64,000 bases of DNA from Wickerhamiella versatilis (Eukaryota): contig JAQOWU010000008.1 of NCBI GenBank assembly GCA_030867685.1, positions 1,984,001-2,048,000 on the forward strand. Direction: 5' to 3'. Positions 31,616 to 43,530 of this stretch are shown piece by piece (position 1 is the first letter of the stretch; each line of letters opens with the position of its first letter). The translations under genes and the position numbers were made by a program. A model generated the notes under the pieces. That model ran no database searches. It had not been told where the DNA came from and was given only the letters and a program-made list of their open reading frames with translations.

Positions 31616-33037
31616 ATGGGTCATGGGGCCGGGTCGCAATGCGACGAAGCCCCAAGGATGTTTAAAGGCCTCACTTTTTTCTTTTTTCCACCTCTAAATG
31701 TTTCTAAAGTCTCAAAAGTCAAGGCTGACGCTGCTATTCGCCACGGTGCTTCAATTGTGCCCAAGCTTCCCGATACGAGTGTTACACATGTGCTTGTTCT
31801 GAGAAATAAAGATGCAAAAAAAATTTCGGACTTGGTAGAGCAGTCAACGCCTATTCTTAGAGGAGACTGGTTAAGTCATTGTATCAATTCAAAAAAGCTT
31901 ATAGATCCCAGGCCCTATGAGATAACAGTGCAATCGCCACGCAAGCATCGTAGTCTATCATCAGATGACGAGAGAATTAAGGATAGCCCCCCAAGTAAAG
32001 CCCGAAAAGAGGATGCATTTACTGAGGATAAGTGGGATCGTACTGTCAAATTGCTATTCGCGTCATCCAAAACACCAGGTGTTCCTATCCCAGAAAATCA
32101 GGAATTGGTAGACATCTTCCGAGAGCTGGCAAACTCGCGTGACGCAAATGGTAATGAATTCAGTAGTCGAGCCTATTCTAATGCTATCACAAGTTTGAGT
32201 GATGCCAGAGAACCTATAAGGACATATGATGACGCCATGGCACTGCCAAATTTTGGCCACAAGATGGCAAGCCTGGTGGAAAGAATAAGAAAGGGGGCCA
32301 TTCCTGAAGACATGAGGGAGCAGATGGGATCAAAAACACGAGTGCTGGATTTATTTGAAACTGTATATGGTGTCGGACCAAAAAAGGCCCATCAGTTCTA
32401 TGCGAAAGGATGTCGTAACCTCGGCGATATAAAAAGGGAAACTAAGGATAAACGCATGAAAGTAAGCATTGAACATCATGAGGAGCTGATTGAGAGAATT
32501 TCCAGACCGGAAGTTGAGAAGCACTACGAGGAGGTGAAGAGGATTGCCCATTCTGTTGATGAAAGTCTAGTATGCCATGCCATGGGCTCTTTTCGCCGTG
32601 GACAGCCTGATTGCGGTGACATTGATATAATATTGACAAGTCCTGAGGTTCGAGACTTGAAATCAATGAGACAACTTATGCTTCAGGTGATTAAGACGAT
32701 GTTTGAAGTAAATTTCGCAGTCTTCACCTTTGGAGGCGGGACGGATGATGTATCTTCGAACAGGTGGTTGGGTGCAACAGCTTTACGCGGTGGTTCTTGG
32801 CGACGTATGGATATATTATGTGTCCTTCCTAGTGAAATTGGGGCAGCAATGATATACTATACGGGAAATGATAACTTCAATCGCAAGATACGATTGTTAG
32901 CCTCCTGGCGCGGTATGCGACTAAATGATAAGGGCCTATTTACAAAAGGTGACAAGCTTGTTGAGGGAGAAAGTGAGCACCGAATATTCGAAATACTAGG
33001 CGTACCTTGGTATAAAGCAACTGATCGAAATATATGA
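31616..33037 (+). CDS. POL4: X-family DNA polymerase with N-terminal BRCT domain (alternative start 31658)
   Basis: BRCT-like N-terminus (WLSHCI), HhH motif (VYGVGP), GSFRRG..CGDIDII, RRMDIL and YYTGN. Confidence 0.9.
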   Translation: MGHGAGSQCDEAPRMFKGLTFFFFPPLNVSKVSKVKADAAIRHGASIVPKLPDTSVTHVLVLRNKDAKKISDLVEQSTPILRGDWLSHCINSKKLIDPRPYEITVQSPRKHRSLSSDDERIKDSPPSKARKEDAFTEDKWDRTVKLLFASSKTPGVPIPENQELVDIFRELANSRDANGNEFSSRAYSNAITSLSDAREPIRTYDDAMALPNFGHKMASLVERIRKGAIPEDMREQMGSKTRVLDLFETVYGVGPKKAHQFYAKGCRNLGDIKRETKDKRMKVSIEHHEELIERISRPEVEKHYEEVKRIAHSVDESLVCHAMGSFRRGQPDCGDIDIILTSPEVRDLKSMRQLMLQVIKTMFEVNFAVFTFGGGTDDVSSNRWLGATALRGGSWRRMDILCVLPSEIGAAMIYYTGNDNFNRKIRLLASWRGMRLNDKGLFTKGDKLVEGESEHRIFEILGVPWYKATDRNI

Positions 33038-33270
33038 TTTCAAAGCACGTTTACTGTTTACTGGTGCAATCTCATGCTGCAATATTGGTTTCATTATACC
33101 ATATCGAAGCCACTGATATCGAACAACCAAACATGTCTGGTTATTATTCTCATCCATATTAATTATATGTATAAAGTAAAGTACTAATATAAGCATGCAT
33201 ACAATAATTTCTTTTTAATTTTTACTATTAATTTCAATAGGTAGCAAAATACTCATAACCTAAGAACTTT

Positions 33271-34521
33271 TTAGTTCTTTGATGAAAGGGCAACTACACC
33301 AGGCAGTTCTTTGCCCTCAAGAAGCTCTAGTGATGCACCACCGCCGGTCGACACATGAGAGAGTCTGGCGGAGACACCGAACTTCTTAGCAGCAGTGGCT
33401 GTGTCACCACCACCGACAACAACGGTAGCACCGTTATCAGCTGCCTTGGCAACAGCCTGGCTGATAGAGTCAGTACCAACGCTGAACTTGTCGAACTCGA
33501 ACACACCTGGAGGACCGTTCCACAAGATGGTGCGGGCATGTCCAATGACCTCAGCAAACTTCACAATTGACTCAGGGCCAATATCAAGACCCATGAGGTT
33601 CTCTGGAATACCGTAGGCATCGCTGGCCGCGCTAACAGTGGCCGATTTATCAAACTTGTCACCGCAGACGTAGTCGACTGGCAGGACAAGTTCAACACCA
33701 AGATCCTTAGCCTTCTTGGCGATACCTGGGACAAGCTTGGCACCCTCCTCGTCGTAAAGCGACTTACCGATGGGGACGTTCTCAAGAGCCTTCTTGAAAG
33801 TAAAAGCCATACCACCACCAATGATCAATGCATTGACCTTGGGCAGCAAGTTGTCAATAAGTTGGATCTTATCGGATACCTTGGCACCACCCAAGATGGC
33901 AAGGAAAGGACGCTCTGGCTTCTCAAGAGCCTTGGCAAAGTAACCAAGTTCCTTGGCCATAAGGAAGCCTGCGGCACGGATAGGAAGCTCAACACCAACC
34001 ATCGAGGAGTGGGCACGGTGAGCAGTACCAAAAGCGTCATTAATATAAACATCACCAAGCTTGGTCAAAGATTGGCGGAATGCCTCAACGGCCTTAGGAT
34101 CAGCTTTCTCCTTCTTGCCGTCAACCTTGCGAGAACCTTCTTCCTCAATGTGGAAACGCAAGTTCTCAAGGAGGATGATAGAGCCTGGAGCGGGGTCAGC
34201 GCATGCCTTCTCGACCTCAGGTCCAACACAGTCCTCCAAGAAAGTGACCTTCTTGCCGAGCAACTTCTCGAGCTCACCGACAACTGGTCTCAGAGAGTAC
34301 TTAGCGACACGCTCTCCATTAGGACGACCCAAGTGGGACATGAGTACTACGTCCTTAGCACCCTGCTCAAGCGCATACTTGATTGTAGGGAGGGCAGCCA
34401 CTATACGCTGGTTGTTGGTGATAGTGGTACCGTCGAGAGGGACGTTGAAATCCACACGGATCAACACACGCTTGCCCTTAAGCTCGACGTTTTCAATGCT
34501 TGCTTTACTCGAAAGAGACAT
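33271..34521 (-). CDS. PGK1: Phosphoglycerate kinase
   Basis: [36 protein letters not shown] and [15 protein letters not shown]. Confidence 0.99.
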   Translation of the reverse strand: MSLSSKASIENVELKGKRVLIRVDFNVPLDGTTITNNQRIVAALPTIKYALEQGAKDVVLMSHLGRPNGERVAKYSLRPVVGELEKLLGKKVTFLEDCVGPEVEKACADPAPGSIILLENLRFHIEEEGSRKVDGKKEKADPKAVEAFRQSLTKLGDVYINDAFGTAHRAHSSMVGVELPIRAAGFLMAKELGYFAKALEKPERPFLAILGGAKVSDKIQLIDNLLPKVNALIIGGGMAFTFKKALENVPIGKSLYDEEGAKLVPGIAKKAKDLGVELVLPVDYVCGDKFDKSATVSAASDAYGIPENLMGLDIGPESIVKFAEVIGHARTILWNGPPGVFEFDKFSVGTDSISQAVAKAADNGATVVVGGGDTATAAKKFGVSARLSHVSTGGGASLELLEGKELPGVVALSSKN

Positions 34522-34865
34522 TTCTTAATATGATTAACTCTGACAACAATGGGAGATGAGCTTCTGCCCTTATATGATGTATACATCGTCGCCAACGCGA
34601 CATCTTCCTAACCCTATGAGGTATTGCTCGCATATGTCGTGCATAAGCGAAGAAGTAGAAAACCTTAGGCTAATTTTCTTCAATGTATTTTGCTTCTTGG
34701 TTAGCGGTCTCGGTAGTTAAACCCTCTAAAATTCATGGTAAACCGGGGCTTCCTCGTCTGGATAAAAAAGCCGATGACGTAAGTGCTCGTTTAGTACTCT
34801 GAGCCGAACTAAGCGGTTACGACATGGTGTTGTAACCCTTAACCATATTACAGGCTAACAGCTGA

Positions 34866-35816
34866 ATGCCACGTTGGTGGCCATGGTCCCGTGAAGTCGA
34901 CTATGAAACTGCACTTCCTTTACTCACGAATCAGGTACGACAATCTCAGATAGATCTTTCCCGTGCTCGTGCACGGGAGCGAAGGGTAAAAGGCCTTTTA
35001 GTACTCTATGGATTGATCGCTTATGCAGGACTACTAGTGGTCCTCTTCTTCTCGAACGCCACCAGTGCCGTTTGGGTTTCCGCTTTAATTGGAGCTGGCT
35101 CCATTATATGGCTGGTTCGATGGTCTGCCGTTCGTGTATTAGGATATTTCACGAATAGACGTCAGAACATAACGGCTCAGCTAATAGAACGGCGAAGAAT
35201 CATGGCCGAGGAATACAAGCAAAAGACGAATTATTACAAGGTCAAAGAGCTGACAGAATTGCGAGATCCTGATAATCCTGAAACAGGAGCACCGGTGCAA
35301 CCCCCCAGAAACCACCCTTCCACCGCCACATCTGGACCGAAACTCAATTCTTCCAGTAGCCCCAACCAGCAAACAACGACTAAAGAAAAGCCGTCCTTGC
35401 CTCAGCCACCTCGTGCAGAAGCTGGTCAAAACCCTTCAGGGGAGGAAGGTCAATCCCCTGAACATAGAGCTGTTCCCGGACAAACATCTCAGGCAGAACC
35501 ATTACCACCAGTTCGACGTACGTGGATGGACCGCATTCTTGATGTGCTAATCGGTGAGGATGAAACTAGTCCTCAAAATCGCTATGCCCTCATTTGTAAA
35601 AATTGTGGCACGCATAATGGTTTGGCGGCTTTCGGGGAGCAGCCTGAGGACGTCATCTATCGTTGCCCTGTATGTGGGAAAACCAATAAAAAAAATTTCG
35701 GTGAAATTGCACAGCCTTCAGAAGGTAGTGGCCACGAAACCCCAAGTTTGCATAGTCAGAGCGCCGATGGCTCAGAAAAGCCTAAGAATTCGAGCCCACA
35801 AGATCCTCTAAAATGA
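34866..35816 (+). CDS. LNP1: Lunapark, ER junction protein
   Basis: Two TM helices; WMDRILDVLIGEDE..NRYALICKNCGTHNGLA..YRCPVCG zinc finger. Confidence 0.92.
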   Translation: MPRWWPWSREVDYETALPLLTNQVRQSQIDLSRARARERRVKGLLVLYGLIAYAGLLVVLFFSNATSAVWVSALIGAGSIIWLVRWSAVRVLGYFTNRRQNITAQLIERRRIMAEEYKQKTNYYKVKELTELRDPDNPETGAPVQPPRNHPSTATSGPKLNSSSSPNQQTTTKEKPSLPQPPRAEAGQNPSGEEGQSPEHRAVPGQTSQAEPLPPVRRTWMDRILDVLIGEDETSPQNRYALICKNCGTHNGLAAFGEQPEDVIYRCPVCGKTNKKNFGEIAQPSEGSGHETPSLHSQSADGSEKPKNSSPQDPLK

Positions 35817-35944
35817 ACTCTATAATTGCATAGCCTTACTATTCCACTAATTTTTTAAAAAAGAAAATACACTAAGACCTTTAAGTGCAATAATATAGAC
35901 AATATTACTAGCGCTGGTCGCTAGACATTTTACCCTGGGACTCT

Positions 35945-36220
35945 TTACTTCGTCGGATCATTTCTCTGATACTTCAGGTATCCCCGCATCTCGCTATTGG
36001 GCAGCATATCCAAGTACCTTTCAGCGAGATCCTTGCATGCTTCCTGCTGATTTGGACCTTGGGTTTCGAAGCATTTCTCCAGGGCTCTACGCAAGACCTC
36101 CAAAGACTTCACGCGAATAGCTTGCTCACGTATAAGAGAGTCTTGGGCCTGACGAACCTTCCTATGGTCAGAATAGTCGATTTCGTCAAAGGAGACCAGC
36201 TCAGGACGTTCGTGGGTCAT
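35945..36220 (-). CDS. Complex I accessory subunit (NDUFB10/PDSW, 12 kDa subunit)
   Basis: SFDEIDY, IREQAIR, LEKC...GPN..EACKDLAERYLDML and QRNDP, the twin-Cys pattern of fungal NDUFB10. Confidence 0.85.
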   Translation of the reverse strand: MTHERPELVSFDEIDYSDHRKVRQAQDSLIREQAIRVKSLEVLRRALEKCFETQGPNQQEACKDLAERYLDMLPNSEMRGYLKYQRNDPTK

Positions 36221-36343
36221 TGGCACAGTGCTGGTTGGCTGATCCTTGTATTTGTCAGCCAGTCTTCGAGTTCAATTTAGCTCGACGAGGCCAGGATTTT
36301 GACATATTTTGAGAACTAAACTAGATTAAGAAAAGTTAAAATT

Positions 36344-38209
36344 TTACTCCGGAGTTTCAAGGAAGAAGTAATTACCGGTCGATTTTTGCTCTTGATCCAT
36401 TTGTGAGTCAAGCTTGTTAATACGTGGACGGTAGGAGACGGGATCACGACGGAAAGTTACATCCAAGTTCTTAAGGAACCTGTTGCAGCCCGTAAGAAGA
36501 GACTCAGGTGCCTTTGCACGTGCATCGATACCAGGATCACCCTCGAAAACGATAACACGGTCAGCCAGATAAGTGGCCATGATGAAGTCATGCTCGACAA
36601 TGAATGCAGTTTTCTTGGCATGCATAATGAATCTTCTAATAACCTTTGAACAAATGATACGTTGCTCTGAATCCAAGTACGCTGATGGTTCATCAATCAC
36701 ATAAATATCAGCAGGTATACCAAGAGACAGGACAATAGCAACTCTTTGCAACTCACCTCCTGAAAGATGCTGGACCTCCTGATCAATGATATCATCTATA
36801 CGTAACGGTCTGCACACATCAGTCTGGAATTGAGGAAGCAAGAAAGACGCCCGGATCTTCTTGAAAAATAGTTGACGGACTGTGCCCTTGAACTTCGGCG
36901 CAATCTTCTGAGGCTTCATCGACACACTCATTTCAGGCATCTTGACACCTCCATCGGGCGCAATTGCACCTGCCAACATACGGCAGAATGTCGTCTTACC
37001 TGTTCCATTTTCTCCCATCATGACAATAATTTCAGAGTCGGTGAAAGCACCGCCTTCAATTGAGAGCTTGAAGTCTCCACCCATAGTCTTCTTCATTGTA
37101 GGATACTTGTACGCACGATCCTGCTCGATATCAACTTCCTCACCTGCCTCAATCATCCGGAATTGGAGGCTTTCAGTGCGGAAACGCATGTTTTCAGTTG
37201 GAATGTTACCATCCAGGAAAATGTTAATACCCTCACGAACAGATGCAGGCAAAGACACGACACCGTACGCAGCAGGTACACCGTATAGGATACATACAAA
37301 GTCCGAGAGATAGTCCAGAACAGAAAGGTCGTGCTCGACACAAATGACATAATTATCAGCAGTAACAACACCACGGATGACATTAGCCGCATTAAGACGT
37401 TGTTTAACATCAAGGTATGACGAAGGCTCGTCGAACATGTACACATCTGCCTTCTGAGCCGCAGCCATACCGATAGCGAATCTCTGTAGCTCACCACCGG
37501 AAAGTTGAGCTATTTCACGTTGTCCCAGCTTTTCTAGCTGCAAAATATGGATGATTGAATCAAATGCATCAACTCGACTGTTAGGATTCTCCTTGTTGAG
37601 GAGTTGTGCTACTTGATTACGCGGGCCCTTGACTGCTTTGGGTATGTTATCAACATACTGTGGTTTGATGATAGCCTTTAGTTTGTCGTCAAGCATTCTG
37701 TTAAAGTAATTCTGAAGCTCAGATCCCCGGTAGTGAACAAGAATGTCTTGCCACGACGGTGGGTTATCATAACGACCCAGATTCGGCTTGTCCTTACCCG
37801 CAAGAATTTTAAGCGCTGTAGACTTCCCGATACCATTAGACCCCACTAGACCAAGAACTTGACCAGGCCTAGGCATTGGTAGGCGGTGAAGCTTGAAAGA
37901 GTTGGGACCAAAACGCATGGATACCTCAGAGTCAAGGTTTGTTGGAAGGTTGATGATTTGGATAGCTCCGAAGGGACACTTCTTGACACATATACCACAA
38001 CCAATACAAAGTGTCTCTGAGATAAGTGATATTGGCCAGTCGGCCTCAACCTCGATGCAAAATTTTCCAGTTTTGTTAACAGGACAGAACCTCTTGCACT
38101 CAAGTCTACATCTTCTCGGTTTGCATTTATCAGCACTCACGACCGCAATACGCGTAGGCTTTGTATCTTTTTTCTTATCCTCCTTATGCTCCTTCTGCTT
38201 GGGTGGCAT
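36344..38209 (-). CDS. RLI1: ABCE1 ribosome-recycling ATPase
   Basis: N-terminal Fe-S cysteines ([13 protein letters not shown]) and two ABC cassettes with LSGGELQR. Confidence 0.99.
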   Translation of the reverse strand: MPPKQKEHKEDKKKDTKPTRIAVVSADKCKPRRCRLECKRFCPVNKTGKFCIEVEADWPISLISETLCIGCGICVKKCPFGAIQIINLPTNLDSEVSMRFGPNSFKLHRLPMPRPGQVLGLVGSNGIGKSTALKILAGKDKPNLGRYDNPPSWQDILVHYRGSELQNYFNRMLDDKLKAIIKPQYVDNIPKAVKGPRNQVAQLLNKENPNSRVDAFDSIIHILQLEKLGQREIAQLSGGELQRFAIGMAAAQKADVYMFDEPSSYLDVKQRLNAANVIRGVVTADNYVICVEHDLSVLDYLSDFVCILYGVPAAYGVVSLPASVREGINIFLDGNIPTENMRFRTESLQFRMIEAGEEVDIEQDRAYKYPTMKKTMGGDFKLSIEGGAFTDSEIIVMMGENGTGKTTFCRMLAGAIAPDGGVKMPEMSVSMKPQKIAPKFKGTVRQLFFKKIRASFLLPQFQTDVCRPLRIDDIIDQEVQHLSGGELQRVAIVLSLGIPADIYVIDEPSAYLDSEQRIICSKVIRRFIMHAKKTAFIVEHDFIMATYLADRVIVFEGDPGIDARAKAPESLLTGCNRFLKNLDVTFRRDPVSYRPRINKLDSQMDQEQKSTGNYFFLETPE

Positions 38210-39484
38210 TCTCAGTGGGATAACGCCTCAAAAAAAAACTTATATAATCGACTCATATATTAGGGCGTAGCTCATTGGTTCTCAAGGTGCACTCATTCCT
38301 CTATAGAAAGCCGGCAAAACCTTATATATATAATAAAAAGCTATGTCCACTGATTGTTTTCTGATGTGCCTTTTTTGGCCTCCCATGTTAAGGATACTAC
38401 GAAATGAGGCTTACGATACCGGTATCGATAAGGCCATAGCGAAGTCAGGTTACGTAGTATTAAATTAATCGAGTCAATTATCTCAAATTTTAGGATGGCA
38501 TGATTCATTACATGGGTAGGCTTGCCTTGTATTTCGGCTTAAACGTGGTCGTTCCATATAAGTGCTAACGTATACCACTTGGTACAGTGGAGATCACGTT
38601 CTTAGCTGGCCCGTTCCGTGATATATTTTTAATAGCAGTAGTATCTAATCCGTGAATTCCTCTTGGTTGGAAATAACTAGCAAATTTTGCAAGTTCGCGA
38701 ATATCACGAAGATAATTTGGACTATATGACTATGTTGGTATCAAAATTCTTGCTATTATCTCTCCAGAGCTAATGGACGAGCTTTGCTGCGTGAATACGA
38801 GTGATTACATCTTATTATTGAGATACTCTACGACTTAGTTCAGCTTCAATAGATATTCCCAGCCCTTTATACTAACTTATTTGCTAGATTAGCAGAAGTA
38901 GAGAAGATAGTAAGGAACATTGAAATATTCACCATTGTCCAACCAGAAGGGCAGACCTGGAATTTGGGCTTAGGGCCACTCGCACCGAAAGTAAGTATCG
39001 TATTACTAGGTCATTCGGCGGTGTTTTATGGTCCTGTTTGCGGATCTTTCATTACTATCCCTCCCCGCTTATCTTATTCCTTAGTTAGTAACGTGTTCAG
39101 TCCCTTCGAAGTAGTGTACGATGAGGTTTATGGGTAGTAATACCGGTTTATTTCTTTATCCTCATGTCCTTCTCTTGAGCTCTCTTTTGTTCTCCTGATG
39201 CCAAGTATTACATGCTCCGATGCAAGAGTGTCACTTATGTTATCTAATTACTATGTACACTTTCTACAGATATCAGCTGAAGCAAGATGGATCAATCCAT
39301 CTTATTGTGTGAATGTTTACGATAAGTTTTTTTTTAATCAGGCAGGGAGTGTGTTCCCAAACAAGCGGATCTACACAGCCCGCACAGAGATCAGATTAAC
39401 GAAGATATGCATACATAAATAATAAAAATACGTTCTCTAATTTCCTAAATTTCGTAACTCACTATCTCATCACATATATAAAGG

Positions 39485-40558
39485 TTATCTCAAGTAGGGG
39501 AATAGTTCAGTGACCGTTCTCGTCAGATACTCCTCAGTATCAACGGCGAATCTTGTCACATCACCCTCCTCATAAGATCCAGCAGCTTGCAATCTCTTTC
39601 GTTGCATACGAAATCGGTCTTCCAGAATCTTCAATCTGTATTCCAGCCACTGATACCCAAGAACCTTCATATCTGATACCGCGGATGCGTTTCCAAGATG
39701 AGTACAGTCGTGAACGAAAGGATCGCGAGGCCGCAAGCTTGTCACCATTGCAATACGCTCGGAGCAATTACGTGCCCTGAGGGCCGCGTGTTTAATTCTT
39801 GAACCCTGCAGAAGTACTACTCTACCCATTGCTGGACCTGGGACAACAGCAGTACTTCCATCTTTCTTCATGACAGCCGTCTCACCTCCCTCCATACCTG
39901 TTGTATCTGAGACCATCAGAACAGCTACAAAGGGCACATAATCGTAATGCCAATCATCAACAGGACGGCTGTCGTACACACTAGGAGGGGTACGTTCCGA
40001 TGCCGCAAGAGGGAGGGTCGGTACATCAGACAGGTCTTTGACACCTTCCTTTCCTTTGGGTCCTAGCTGGATATTCGTATGTGCAATTTCATAGTCACAA
40101 ACTGGGACCAATTCAATACCGGCGGCCTTTGAAATTGCCTCCAAGACCTTTGGATTTTTCCAGGCATCATAGATAAACTTTGACTGAGTCGGTGCGAATC
40201 CCCGGACAACATAAGGCGCACGCTCCGAGCCATAGACATGGTTTTTTTGCACAGGTTCTGATAAAAGATCATTGCGCATCAGCCGAACTGCTTCATCTGT
40301 AAATAATCTGAAAGGCGCTACTGCTGCAATCTCGCTAATACCATCCTTAGCGTTATCGTAGCCGAAATCGCTTAATCTCAGTTTCCATTCTGGTTCTTCA
40401 ATAGCAAGATGTGTTTCAGGGTCAAATTCTACCTTGGTTGGCATATATTTCCATTTCTTTTCTGGGATTCCATAGGATACCTGAGGAGAGAGCTCCACAG
40501 AAGGCTCAAACAGTTGTTCAGGGAGGGGTGCTGCTTGCTGGGCTGTTGCCGAAGCCAT
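39485..40558 (-). CDS. Fe(II)/2-oxoglutarate dioxygenase-fold protein, function unknown
   Basis: WHYD (HxD), GGET, distal KH and ERIAMVTS (2OG-binding Arg) in DSBH order. Confidence 0.8.
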   Translation of the reverse strand: MASATAQQAAPLPEQLFEPSVELSPQVSYGIPEKKWKYMPTKVEFDPETHLAIEEPEWKLRLSDFGYDNAKDGISEIAAVAPFRLFTDEAVRLMRNDLLSEPVQKNHVYGSERAPYVVRGFAPTQSKFIYDAWKNPKVLEAISKAAGIELVPVCDYEIAHTNIQLGPKGKEGVKDLSDVPTLPLAASERTPPSVYDSRPVDDWHYDYVPFVAVLMVSDTTGMEGGETAVMKKDGSTAVVPGPAMGRVVLLQGSRIKHAALRARNCSERIAMVTSLRPRDPFVHDCTHLGNASAVSDMKVLGYQWLEYRLKILEDRFRMQRKRLQAAGSYEEGDVTRFAVDTEEYLTRTVTELFPYLR

Positions 40559-40643
40559 TGGTACTCAAATTCGACTTAGACTCGACTCAAAACCAGCGTG
40601 GGACTCCTTGCTTAAATATAATTCTCTGAAATTCGGTAACTGC

Positions 40644-40706
40644 CGGTTTTTGATAACAAACATTGCTGGCTGATAAGATTGATCAGCGGGACGGACCGGT
40701 TTTCGA
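40644..40706 (-). promoter_or_regulatory. Two TCRRANNCCG sites plus GATAAG upstream of the dioxygenase
   Basis: CGGTTTTTGA at 40644-40653, CGGTTTTCGA at 40697-40706 and GATAAG at 40672-40677. Confidence 0.65.
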
Positions 40707-41321
40707 ATCAGCGCGCATTAAATTCCTCATCTCAGGACAGATCAAGATGGCTAAGCCCATGGATACTTATATTACTTACTTCAATGCTATTTTCATAGAA
40801 TTTGTTTTTCTCATTTCATTTTTTTCGTATTCTCTACTGATCGATCTTGTGGAATGCCACACGGGTCTGGGTTAGGGTAAAGCATCAGTTGTGCTTCCAT
40901 TCAAAAGGCGACCGATCCCTATGTGCCAATCTAGTATAGTATAGTAATTCCAAACTGGAAACGCTCCTAGCATGTATTTTTCAGCTTCAATTAAAGAGGT
41001 TGTTGTTTCTAATTAAATAGAATACACTCCAGAACATTAATAGGGGATTTCGAACAAGTAGTCGGCAGTCGGGTATAGAACAGGGGGTACCACTTGCCTG
41101 TCGATAGCACCAATTCGTTCCGTAGAAAAAAAAATACATATTCTTACTTCATTTATATGTTTCCCTGTGACACTGAGAGGACTAGAAGAGGAAATTCAGT
41201 GATCGATCTAGTGCGTTTCCATCCAATAACCACGAACCACATTGTCTTGTGTTTGTTCAGATGATCAAAGAGTCCGTCATTTGTCAACGAGTTCTATTCG
41301 TATTTATATACTATATATGCA

Positions 41322-43316
41322 TTATATGCCAAAGTCCTGATCCAATGCTGTAGCCTGGGTTGGTGGTGTTGCATCGTCCCAGTTTGCCAGAATATTTTCA
41401 TGGAGCAGAAAATTCCATATACTATCACCGTTGTTCATATCAGGTGGATCAAAAAGTCCAAAAGGATCAGGTGCTCTTTGGCTGGGTTGGACATTGGCTA
41501 GAGTTACAGGTGAAGAGTATGTGTGTCCAGCCATTACATGCGGATTTTGAGGCCATTTTTCAAGATGTGGGGATTCCGGATGCATATTGCTTTTTCGCCT
41601 ATCTCGCTTCATGAACCGTTGGCATATCAGCTCTAGAGGCTTTGAGTATATATGCTGATCTTCTGGCGGTAGCTGAGCCATGGTTTGGGAAGCCTTATAT
41701 AGGATACTGACAATATCCTGCTGCTTCTGTCGGTTGGCATAAACACCCTTTGTCAACAAGGTCTTAGCCAAAAAGACCGATGCATGAAGCAATCTCGTAA
41801 TCCATTGAATTGGCGAGAATCTTAAGTCAACAGGAATATCGTCTGCTGATTCGTGTTGAATAATAAATACTGCTGCTTTTATTGCCATATTTAGGAATTC
41901 GCGGGATTCCTCAAAATGTAGCAATTTGTCTACAGATTTTTCCTGCCATGACATCAGAACCACCGAAAAGACGTATAGCTGAAAATGTCGGAATTCGAAC
42001 ATAGTGGTACGGTCTGACCAGGCAGTACCCTCGACAATATCACTATAGTCCGATTCCCACTTTTTAACAAGTTCATGGACAAGGGTTAATATTGTAATAT
42101 GGTGGCCAGAGGATACAAGCCTCTGAGTCTCCGTGCGTGATCGATATAGAGATCGGTTAGCCAAATGCAGTAGCTTCACAATGTCTAGACGCGCTCTATC
42201 AGATAAACTGCATTGTCGAATAGCAGATTCAGGAAATTCTTCCTCTGCTCCATGCAGCTGGTCAAGCATAGGCTGCTGACCGAGTCTGCAGGCTAGGAGG
42301 TGATCAGAGAAATGCAGAGCTATAGTAGTTTGAATATCATTCTTTAAAAGGCCTGTATAGCGGGCAATACGTACTGCTTGTCCCATTAACGGCCAGCAAA
42401 TTCTGGTGTGCCTCCTTAAAGCCTCACCAGGAGAGGAGTTATTTTCTAGTAAGGTACCAGGGAACCACTCGCACAAAGTAAGGACCCCAAAGATTAGAGA
42501 TCTTACGTTGCACTGAGGACATTCCCACATCAACTCACTAACCGTTCTTTGACAGTACTTCCACAACTTTTCCTGTAAATTCCTATTATCGTTCACGTCG
42601 AGGCACCGCGCACCTACAGTACAAACCACAGACAGGAGCGCAGGCTCAGCAGCTATTCTCGCAAGCTCTTGATATTCTGAAGGAATATAGGATGCGTAAA
42701 ACGGTGCGATTTCAGCAAAGAAGAATCCAACCAACCTGCACACTTCTTCCGTGGAAAGAATTCCATCGGCAACTATAGCCGAATCATGAACTGGTATTCT
42801 TTGCGTTGATAGCAAAGTGTTATTTGAATTTTCAATAGAAATAGCTCGTTTTTTTGACCTGGGTTCCACTTGCCTATAATCAAAACCTGTAGCTATTGTC
42901 TTACTCGGGATTCCTCTTTTTCTCTCAGACGACGCTTGATGTAGAATCTCAATCGCATCATTTGGCGTGTACATCTCATTTTTCAAAACAGTGCTTTCTG
43001 TTATAGGTGACATTGGTCTTGACTGTGGGGCAGTTCCCTCTGCGAGACGCAATCTATCAGCAGCTTCCCGTTCCCGCTTCTCTTTTCCGGCTAAAACATT
43101 GCCATAACCACCCCTTTTGTCAATATCAGGAATTTCACATATCAAGTCTTCTTCACGGCATCTCCGGCACGGTGCTTTGTCGCCGTCAAAATCGCACCTT
43201 GTCTTACGCTTTCTACAACTCAAACAGGCTTTTCGTGCTCTCTTTCTACGATGAAACTCATCATTTTCTTCCGATGTGCCCATAGACGCATATACTGGAG
43301 ATTCATACTCATTCAT
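41322..43316 (-). CDS. Zn(II)2Cys6 transcription factor (Aro80-like architecture)
   Basis: RARKACLSCRKRKTRCD..PCRRCREEDLIC followed by a middle homology region (LTLCEW, CWPLMGQAVR). First ATG at 43316. Confidence 0.92.
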   Translation of the reverse strand: MNEYESPVYASMGTSEENDEFHRRKRARKACLSCRKRKTRCDFDGDKAPCRRCREEDLICEIPDIDKRGGYGNVLAGKEKREREAADRLRLAEGTAPQSRPMSPITESTVLKNEMYTPNDAIEILHQASSERKRGIPSKTIATGFDYRQVEPRSKKRAISIENSNNTLLSTQRIPVHDSAIVADGILSTEEVCRLVGFFFAEIAPFYASYIPSEYQELARIAAEPALLSVVCTVGARCLDVNDNRNLQEKLWKYCQRTVSELMWECPQCNVRSLIFGVLTLCEWFPGTLLENNSSPGEALRRHTRICWPLMGQAVRIARYTGLLKNDIQTTIALHFSDHLLACRLGQQPMLDQLHGAEEEFPESAIRQCSLSDRARLDIVKLLHLANRSLYRSRTETQRLVSSGHHITILTLVHELVKKWESDYSDIVEGTAWSDRTTMFEFRHFQLYVFSVVLMSWQEKSVDKLLHFEESREFLNMAIKAAVFIIQHESADDIPVDLRFSPIQWITRLLHASVFLAKTLLTKGVYANRQKQQDIVSILYKASQTMAQLPPEDQHIYSKPLELICQRFMKRDRRKSNMHPESPHLEKWPQNPHVMAGHTYSSPVTLANVQPSQRAPDPFGLFDPPDMNNGDSIWNFLLHENILANWDDATPPTQATALDQDFGI

Positions 43317-43530
43317 CAATGTTTGAATCTTCTTAGGAGATAACACGATATTCCATTAGTAATTGCATCGGCTTTCCATTGGCCGGGACTTGGAGATAGA
43401 ACATGATCATCATGTAAGATGATTAAGAATTTTTCCTAAAGCCACTTTCCAATGACTGCTATTACATTGGATGTAAATATATTGCTTTTAGTCTATGGAA
43501 AATAAGTTTGTATTATTTCTGTTGTAAAAT

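Noticed and set aside
33253-33273. Possible stop-codon readthrough giving PGK1 a cryptic peroxisomal tail (*KVLRL)
   Set aside because: The stop is TAA-AAA, not the TGA-CTA readthrough context, and LRL is a poor PTS1.
33327-34533. Long antisense and alternative-frame ORFs over PGK1 (e.g. 33862-34533, 223 aa)
   Set aside because: Expected shadow of strong codon bias in a highly expressed gene; no protein features.
38262-38330. tRNA-like start GGGCGTAGCTCATTGGTT
   Set aside because: No T-loop/B-box or cloverleaf downstream.
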